DNA from: Camelus dromedarius
Lineage: Eukaryota
Assembly (NCBI RefSeq): GCF_036321535.1
Contig: NC_087472.1
Span: 99,698,001 to 99,762,000, forward strand
Direction of reading: 5' to 3'
DNA: 64,000 nt
Shown here: piece after piece, positions 53,599 to 64,000 of the stretch
How positions within the stretch are numbered: the first letter of the stretch is position 1
How the letters are laid out: every line of letters starts with the position of its first letter
Notes under the pieces: model-generated
What the model saw: only the letters and a program-made list of their open reading frames with translations
Told to the model about the DNA's origin: nothing
Databases searched by the model: none
Program-made: the position numbers and the translations under genes

Positions 53599-54394
53599 AC
53601 AAATTGGAATAACTCAGTTGTAGTTGAACTCTCCTGTTTCCTGGTTGGCAGTATCAATAGTATATATGATTAGACTGGAACAATTTAAGCAGTATTTATT
53701 GTATACCTGCTATAGCCAGGTTCTGAGGCTACAGAGGTAAGTATGACATCTTATGGCACCTCAGCAAGCTTGCAGCCTGGCTGGGGAGATTGACATCATA
53801 GCCAACTATGGTACAGTAGGAAAAGCGTGGTGCTGCTGACTGGGACAAAGTATTCTGGATCCACAAGGAGGGAATAGTTCTGCTTTTGTGGAAAGGAAGG
53901 AGGGATACCAAGAAAGTCTTAAGAGAAGAGATGAAATGTTAGAAGGCTATTTAAGGATGAGTAGAATTTTTAAAGGCAGAAAGAAGAAAAGTATTCCATT
54001 TAAGGGGACGACAGGATCAAAGGCACAGAGCTGTGAAAGTGACTAGTTTTCTAGAACTTTAAAGAGGACCGTAATTACATACACAAGAAACAGGTCAAAA
54101 TTTTTCATGTTAATACGGCTTGGCCATTATGCTTGTTCATTATGGTTCTGCAATGACTAGTCAATCATTTCAACAGTTTTCATTTTGTAGTTCACAAGAC
54201 CAAATTGTAAAGGGGAGGAGCTTCAGAAAGAAAAGGAAATGTAAAGAAACATCTGGCTCTTAACATGGAGGGCCTCACAGAGGTCGTGTGGTTTCACTAT
54301 TTTGTGCCAGGCTCTGGTGAAGGGGCACAGAAGACCCTGCCAAGTTTAGTGCCTGATTTCTGGATTTCTTCTCATAACTCTTTTGTCACCAACT

Positions 54395-54815
54395 TTAAAG
54401 AGTCTGATATTTTACCCCACTTGCAAGCTAACACTTAGCCTGTCACGAGGCCCTTGGATCAGAGACAAAGGCCTTTATTACTCATAGTACAGCAAGCGGC
54501 TCCAGCTTCATGATCCTGTGTTCCCCTCACCCCTTGTCCCCTGAGGGCGGGCACTGCAGAGCGCAGCAGTGGGGTGATGACACAGCTAAGGAACCCAAGC
54601 CCCATTAGAGGCGGCAAGCAAACCCGCCCAGCCTTTGCTTTGGAGACGACTTTGGTCTTGTTATCCTGGACAGCAAACAAGTTGGCCCTCTGCTGCTTAG
54701 GGAAGCCATATCTCCATCTTCCCAGGCAGCTTGCCTTGGAACAAAAGCTGTCAGTGCCTCTGCTCACGAGGCATGCAGAATGCAAGAGACCCACAGAGAC
54801 TTGCCTCCCAACAGG
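54395..54815 (-). mobile_element. ERVL-class solo LTR
   Basis: 'gagtctgatattttaccccacttgcaagctaac...ttagcctg...tcagagacaaagg..tttattactca' is a recognisable antisense ERVL LTR end. Confidence 0.65.
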
Positions 54816-54989
54816 CTCCTTGGGTCTCTTTTGTCCTTTAAGGAGAACTGAAAATGATAGCCACCATTCTAGCAATTTCCTTCAGAAGAAGGAGCGCTAT
54901 ACAGTAAAACCCTGATATGAAATATAATATCAAAGCAGCATTCAATGTGAGATAAGGATTAAAGTAAGAGATTGAGTATTTCATCAGTC

Positions 54990-55645
54990 TGGAAGACCTT
55001 GGCCTCTGGCAGCCAGCTTTTCTTCTTAGCAGTGGAAGAGGTGAAGTCTTCCAGGAAGTCTTCAGAGGCTCCAGTTGCTTCTTCCTGTGAAGAGGTGCAG
55101 CCAGCTGGATGATAGAGTTTCTGCTTCAGCTGAATAATGCATTTGCCAGTACGTCTAGCCTGGTGACTCTAGAGGGAGATATTGCCAAGTCCAGTACATA
55201 AATCCCAGCATGTACGTGAGGAAGATAAATCAGCCTTCTTTCTCATAGTGAGGACTCAGACATATCACCAAATGGAGAGGGTTTTACTCATGGTTGCTCC
55301 AACTCCATGCCAGCTGCTGCAGAGGGGGCGATAACAAAAGCTGCAGGGGTAGCTGCCTCATTGATTAGAAGACATTAAACCCTCAGGGAGGAAATTGGAA
55401 GATCGGACAGGTCAGATGGGAGGAGAGGCCCCCAGATGCAAATTTGAACTTTATTGTGTTCCAGATAGTGGTGCTTCTCTCTCTTATCCTGAAGTCTGGG
55501 CAACTCAGACTGGTTTCCCTGGATACAGGAGCAGAGCCTTCCTTCTCAGTTGGAATGAAACGCTTCATGTTGGCAATGCTGAGATATTGGAGAAGGTAGT
55601 TACAGAAAGGATGTGCTGTCCCTGGAGGGTCTTACAGCTGCATTA
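54990..55645 (+). mobile_element. Probable L4 (RTE-X clade) LINE fossil, ORF C-terminal region
   Basis: Hand translation gives collinear remnants FLLSSGRG..VF..RGAASW..EFLLQL..STSSLVTLEG and PGYRSRAFLLSW..ERMCCP, resembling recalled RTE-X motifs (FF.KGG..YGA.IW; FLR.IL..T..LRLE.G; PKYRRAFTLAR..ERLCPC). Confidence 0.45.
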
Positions 55646-56372
55646 AAGCACACATTCACCAAAGTTACACACCCTGGTTCAATAGCACATCTTTCATTTT
55701 ATAGGGGACAGGTATGGGAAAGAAAACTTATTTATGTTAGGAGTATTTATGGAGGTACTAAGCATGAGGTTCAAGTCTCAAGGCCCTTCTCCCACCTACT
55801 CCACACATTGTTTAAGGATGTGTTTTTTTACTCTTTGATATGGCCTTAGTAAAGAGAACAGACAATCACTTGGGGAAACGGGTTAGATTTGGGTCTGAGT
55901 TTGGATTTATTGTGCACCATAAACTTTTAGAATCTAATTTAATTTCAGACATTATATTCAGCTTTCCAGAGACTCTCCTGCACATTTACTTGTGTGAATC
56001 TAGCCCTCCTTCTGCTTATTTCTTAACTGACCATTGAACCTGATGTACACTTTCGCTGACTGGCTCTTTTGCCAGAACTTTGCTGTCAGCATTCTTCCAA
56101 AATGAATCCTGCTGTGTACTTGAGGTGGTCCTCCTCCAAGAGGACGAGTGTGCTCAGCCTATTCTGATATGCACATGTGGTATATTAGTTCAGATAGAAA
56201 GAGTATGCTTGCAGAGTTGGGCAGAAGCATAATCAGACTCCCAAATGGATGATGTAGAATGCAAGTATGGCAAATTGATGAATTTAATTTGAGTGGAAGA
56301 AGCAGGGAAAAAACAAATGTTTTATTTAGGTAAGTCATGTTAAGACAAACTTAGTCTATTGTCTTTGAATGA

Positions 56373-57002
<630 letters not shown>

Positions 57003-57322
57003 TAAAGCCTCAAGTGAGAAAGTCTGTTTACTTTATAGTTGAAGATAACCACCTTGAAAAGCTTTTGTCTAAAAAGATAAAAAGCATTGTAATGTAGTTA
57101 TGGTCTAGTGGTAGAAGTGAAGTATTTATTTTTAGAGTAAATCATGTTGATGGCTAGAATAGTAAAAAAAAAAAAAAATAGTATTTTCCTCTTTAACTAC
57201 CCTATGCATCTATGAGTTGGCTTGAGGGTGGGTTAACTTGCCACTGCGTTCTGCATTTAAAGCCATGCTGCCCAATATCCCACACATAAATTCTCACTTT
57301 CTTCTCTCTAGTGCAAGTGTAA

Positions 57323-58069
<747 letters not shown>

Positions 58070-61000
58070 TGAAAACAGAATTAATTGTATGCTTAGCGTC
58101 CATCAAGCAGGGAAGAATTGCCTGGGTTTTTTTTTTTTTTTTAAAAAAAAAAGCCCTATAATGATGAATCCCATGATTAGTAATAGGGGGTGATCTCATG
58201 TCTGCTTGTTTCCACGTTATATCCCAAGATGCTTTCTGGGTGCAGGGCATTCTATGGAGTTGTTCCTCTTCATGAATTTACATGTCTTTATGCTGCTAGA
58301 TTTTCTATATCCAGGGATAGGCTGGGTGGAGTTCAAGGAGACCTATTCCTCGCTCAGTTTTTCAGAACCTCTTTTCCCTGTTGCCTGAAATTCAGAGAAT
58401 TTTTGACCTGGAAGGGACCTTAGCAGGTCCCTGATTTTATAGAGGAGAGGCTGTAAGAAATGAAGTGACCAGTCTTGAGTCAGCGCCTGGGGCTCAGATC
58501 CACTTGTCCCCTTGTGACTCAAGGAGGTGGATGACTTAACGTGGTTCTTGTTGCCATCTCAAAGGGACTGACACTCAATTGACTAGCTCCTCCTAAGTAG
58601 AGGAAATTAGGCTAGAGGCCTATTTTTAAGACATTTGGTTTAGCTCTTAATGATTCTTTAAAAAAAATAGATTGCTGTCATAATAGGCTATATTCTCCTA
58701 AAGTAGATTGCATGTTTTGTTCTATTATGAGTATTACCTCTGTTTATGGATTCTGAGAATAGTAAGGCACTGACACTTGGGTGTGTCAGCTAAGTCTGTT
58801 CATTACCGTAATACACCACCAGTATGTGAATTAAAAAGTGATGGACTATGTTGATTTGGTGCATTTATGGTCACAGTTGACTCATATCTGTATTTGAATC
58901 AAAAATAGGAGGAAACAAAATCCAAGGTTAGGATGTGATGGGGAGGCAGATAAACCCACAGTCTTTTTAAATTTTTTTAAACAAAATATATTTTGTTCCT
59001 TTCCTTAAAGTTAGATATGGCAGTCCCCCTCCCTGATATTTTTCTTACATTCATTGTACTTGCAAGAAATACTTTAAAATATACATGTGTATATTTACAT
59101 GTGCATAGAAAGAATTTATAAATATGATTACATTACAGAAAGTGCACAGATAGAGGGGTGGGGGAAATCACCCATGATCCTAATACCCTAGGACAGTTGT
59201 ATCAATATTTCAGTACAGCTCCTTTTATTTTTCTATGTATATATTGTTGTCGTAGTACTCTACTAATAATTTTGTATTCTATTTCATATAGTATGTCTTA
59301 AATCATTTTGTGCTATTATATGTCCTACTAGTTCTTAATTTTAAGAGCGCAAATGCTGCTGTAAGGATCAAGTTTAAGGATGCTACCTTAAGCTTTTTTC
59401 TTTCCAATTTTATATTATGAAAATGCTCAAACTTACAGAAAAGTTGAAAGTTGTACAGTGAACACCTATATACCTAGAGTCTACAATTAATATTTTATTC
59501 TACTTTTATAATCACATATCTGTTCATCTGTCATTACATCTAATTTTTTTCAATGCATTTCAAAGTGAATTGCAGATATGAGTACATTCCCTTTCAAATA
59601 CTTCAGTATTTAATTTTTGTTTATAGGTTTTTCTTTTGAAGTAAAATTGGCAATCATATCACAAAAATCTTGGATTTTTAAATGAAAGTAATACTACTCC
59701 CATATTTAGTAAAGAAAAGTTTTATACTTAAAAGAGAATTAATAAGTTGGCTGTAGCACTTTTAAAGAATGCTAGAAATACCAATTTTGAAGGATTTTAT
59801 TTTGATAGACCTCATTAGAGATGCTGAACACAGTTAATTTTATGATTTGATACTGAGAAATGGAAGTTTGATCTTCATCATGTGTCACAAAAGTAAGCTC
59901 CCTGAAATTGAGGCTGCTGTACCTTTTTGTTTTGAATTTATGAACTGTACATTGGTGAATTTCATGACCAATCTGTGGGGCCTGTTAGCACATGTTTGAG
60001 TTACCTGACAAAGACCTGTAGAACGACTTGTGTAATAAAGAGCTTCCACTGCCAATCCCTTCTGTTTAGTCTTAAAGAATAAATAACAATAAATATATGC
60101 ACCTTCTCAGTGTGATAATGTATCATAGTCCACAATATCTTTCTTGCTGATTATAATTATTAATTGGTTAATGAGCTGTGGAAGGGTTTTGTGGGGTTGG
60201 ATTTAGTTATGTGTGAACTGATGAAGTGTCCATAAAACAAAGGTTGTTAATACCCTCAATAGAGCCATGTTCTCAACTACTAACATAAATTAGATTTCCT
60301 CTGCTTGACGAGATTAAAATAATCATAGACTTCAGAGAGGTTTATTTGTTGGTTAAAATCTACAGAGTTTATCCACTTTTTTGGAAACGCTAAAGTGTTT
60401 CATTTTATGCATTTGTTTACATTAGCTTTGGTCAGGTGTTGATATGTTCTTCCAGTTATCAGCAGAGTTGGAAATATATGGCTATCACCTAGTGATTTTT
60501 CTAGATTACAGTTTGTATCTAGACCAGCAGTAAGTAGACACTTACTTGAATGTTCACTGCATCGTTAATACTTCTGTTAACAAAGATGATACTCTAGTGA
60601 CCCCCTTTGTCCGAAACTGCATTATCAGAGACAGAAGTTATATCTGAGTCATAATTATGTTTCAGAATGTAAGTTCGGGAGTCACAATGTGAAAATTTGT
60701 ACTAAGGTGATTATGAACCCCAAACACTAACTGTTGTATACATCTGGAAGTCTTGGGGCAGCTGAAGGGAGTTTGGGTTTAATGTTGGGCTGAGTGGGTG
60801 AGAGACTGAACCCTGGTCAGGCTAGGAAGGAAGTGAGAGGGAGGAGGAGGGCATACCAGTCTCCGGAGAAGAGTAAACTGGTGTGGGTGGACCCAAGGCT
60901 CATTTGACTTCCCAGGTGCTGGTACTAGGCATCTAGGATGAGAAGCTGGGCTAATGAAGTTGATAGGAGACTGAGTGCATCAGCCACATTTGCATGTAAT

Positions 61001-64000
61001 CCTTTTATTTCCCACTGAAGAGATGCACAGAGAGCCTCCTTACCCCCATCAGGCCTTTTCCCATTCTGAAAGGGGAATGAGCTGGGTGATGAGCCCCAGG
61101 AGACATTGGAGCACTGATGCTCTGAAGAAAGAGATGCTGCGTAGGCCGGGGAACAGTGTGAAAAACCATAGTGAGGATTGAAGGAAGGTAACCTAATCAC
61201 ACAAGTTTACATATGATAGGCACTGATCAGCTGAAGGCAAAATAAGGTGTGGGTGGAGGTATTTTTGTGATACACAAACCTGCTAATTTGCCGTTACGTA
61301 TCACAAAAAACTAAGTGTTTTTTCCCCCTGATATTTCTCATATACATTTCTTAGATCAAAAATTGAGAGAAGGTTCTCTTTCATTCTTATTTTTCACCCT
61401 AGCTTCTCTTAGTGTCTTTTAGGGGTCCTGGTATAGGGAGGTGAGCATTCTGTTTGGTGTTGGGATGCATAGGTTTTTGTCTTCTGGTATTCACTGAGCA
61501 GCTTTATGACATTGGGCAGATCAACCTCTTGGAGCCCAGATTAACCCGTAGTTCCTCTGGGCTCTATGAGTCTGCTTCAATTGATCATGTGTTGATAACT
61601 TAAAGCTGGCTTGACAGGCTCATCATAGGAGTCTCTGAACTTTAGTATATAGTTGAGATTTTTTTTTATCATGAAAAATGAAAAAAAATTTAATTTGGTC
61701 TAAATTAAGTAAAAATTTAAAAATAAAAAGTAAGCCAAGAAAGTTAAAAAACAAAATTAAATTAGCCTCAATTAGAGTTCTGAAGTCTGTCATCTTTTTA
61801 GTTGAAATTCTCCTTTTCATATTATCCAAGTCATTTTCATTTGTCATTCAGCAGGTGTTGTTTGAGGACCTGCCCTGTGGGACAGTCTGTTAGGGTACCC
61901 TGGGACTATAAATGGTCATGGGATTCAGCTTCTTCTCCTCTGGTCTTATAGATGATAGCATGACATTGGTAACACCGTGGCCCAGTGCAGGGATACATGA
62001 GGTGGTGCACAACTCAGATGATCCCAAGCTGGGGGATTTGGGGAAGGCAGGACTTCTTTCAGGAGTTGGCATGTGAGCTAGGCTTTTGAAGGCTAGTATG
62101 TTTTAGACACGTGGAGATGAGGTGAAAGACATTCTATGTTTATAGGTTAACAAAGGCAGAAAACACACCTAGGAACTTTGAGCTGTGTGGTTCTGAGCAG
62201 TTGGTGAAATGCAGTAGAAGGGCAGGAGGCTGTGAAGGTTAAGACTGCCACACTGGCAGCCTGATGTTACAGGATAAGCTGATGGAGAGGGTGGGTGGCC
62301 CAGTTCTGGCTGCCAGAGGACTGCCTGCCTTCTGTGAAGTGGCTTGGAAGGGTGTTGGGGTTGACAAGGCCAGTTAGGGGACTTTTGAGAAAAAAGTAAT
62401 GAAATGTTGAATTAAGTGGGCAGCCGTCTCCCTAATCCTTTTCCCTCAACTCCAGAAATTCTAAATGTGTTCTTAGGAAGACAGGAGCAAACTAATGATT
62501 GGGAAAGTGCTTAGTGAACTGTAGGGTGCTGTGCAAATTGTAGTTATTAGCTGGAAGAAAACCGAGAAAGGAAAACTTTGTGTGTGACATATGGATTTTG
62601 TTATCTATTATAAGCTTCCAGAGGGCAGGGGATTATCCACTGGTTTTGGTGGTTGAGTTTTTGTCACTGTTGTTTTGCCACACAGTTGGTTCTGGGGATG
62701 GATCTTAATTGTGTATAAGAGGAAATTAAGGTTTAAGGTAGCTTTTATGTTTTCTTAGTTATGCACAATACTTAGGTGAATGTCAGGGAAAATATCCTTA
62801 AACAGAAAAGAAAAAATGGGGTGGAGTTGGAGGGAGCAGAGAACCTGGAAGATTTAATCGGACCAGTGTTAGAAGTAGTATTAGTAGAATGCAGGTGTTT
62901 GGCTATATTTTAATTTTTAAAACTGTCTAAAATGCATCTCAAGTAAGAACATTTGGTCTTTTCAGCTTTAGTTTTGTTGGGGATGTTTCCTTAAATTGTT
63001 AACTTGTTGATCAGTAATGTCATAGGAAACAGTAAAAAGGAAAATATGAACCCAAGAGGTGATTAAATTTACAAATGTGAATACCTAGAACATTTTGTGT
63101 CCTGAAATCTCTAGAAAGTTTTCCTTATAGCAAAAGTATAATTATTTTTAAAAGGTTAAATTTCAAAAAAATTTAAAAAAAATTTTAAAAAGCTAAATTT
63201 CAGGTTATACTATTTTCAGTAAAATGACCATTTAAATATTTTTATTAAAAATCTTACAGTAGAGTGATTTTTAGGGTTAAGTTTTTTAACTGATAGCAGG
63301 TTTAAACACTAAAATTACAGGAATTAAGTATAGCTTCAAAGCATACCACAGCACTTATATGGATTGAGGGTTGAGCTTGGAGTGGGGATAAGAGTTATGC
63401 CAGTAATAATAAATTACTAGGAAATTTTAATAATTATCTGGTGAAAAATTGGAAGCCTTTTATCAGTTGGTTTTATCTTAGGAGAAACTGAGGCTGCAAT
63501 AAAAAACATTATCAACTGATTTCCCCTTATGGTTAGACCATTTTTATGGTTCTATTTAAACATCTTATTTTTCCTCCTGTAAAATGTTTTTTAAAACTGT
63601 ATTTTGGGTATGGGTAGGCTTTTTGTACCATTAAACCCCTTTGAACAGAGCATTTGTAATTCTTTGTTAGTGGAGATTGTTACAGGGCCATTCTGGCTTC
63701 TAGCGTTTATCACTCAACGTCTCTTAGTACTAGTTGTCAGATACACCGTGGGAAGCTTGGAGCAGGTTAGGAGGAAGGGAAATGGACCTTCTAATGAAAG
63801 TCCTTCTGATGAATTAAGGAAACCTCAGCAGTGGCCTCAGCCTGCTGCATAATCACTCTTCCATGTTTCTGCCTTGGCAGGGAGTTGTCTCGAAGTGCTG
63901 GTTTGAGAGCACAGAGCATGGAAAGTCAGATAAAAGCCTTTCCTCTGATAAGTTAAAAATAGGTACTTCAAACCATCTTGTTAGAGAAGTTAAATTTTTT

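Noticed and set aside
55311..55333. CTCF-like motif TGCAGAGGGGGCGATA
   Set aside because: Matches the 3' half only; the 5' CCASY core is missing.
57165..57178. A14 run after the exon 3 read-through stop (TAA 57003-57005), suggesting a truncated isoform
   Set aside because: A genomic A-run would cause oligo-dT mispriming, and there is no canonical AATAAA in the expected position.
58100..64000. Further BCLAF3 coding exon (expected VASSYSTERQMSHDL...)
   Set aside because: Not found by eye. The region is AT-rich intron with old L1/L2/MIR remnants, so the exon probably lies beyond the window.

Overview
Mammalian genomic DNA, most likely camelid (camel/alpaca/llama), judged from tRNA-derived SINEs of the Vic-1 type and camelid-like young L1 3' ends. 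It is syntenic with human Xp22.12. The + strand carries the 3' half of MAP7D2: nine coding exons from 1501 to the TGA at 26423-26425, plus a probable non-coding last exon at about 28228-29935. After about 11 kb of intergenic DNA comes the CpG-island promoter and first four exons of BCLAF3 (CXorf23; ATG at 52878; the gene continues past the window end). Every coding junction was checked for GT-AG and for phase continuity. The rest is interspersed repeats (L1, L2, MIR, MaLR/ERVL/ERV1 LTRs, hAT MITEs, SINEs) and microsatellites. Family names and human comparisons come from my recall, not from database searches. I found no convincing new multi-gene system. The best leads are: (1) a 525-nt, in-frame, stop-free MAP7D2 intron; (2) a region matching human MIR23C that keeps the miR-23 seed, with a matching seed site in the host gene's own 3'UTR; (3) a sense solo LTR followed by a strong splice donor, a possible alternative BCLAF3 promoter; (4) a very young L1 insertion with a perfect 18-bp TSD; (5) a probable RTE-X/L4 fossil.
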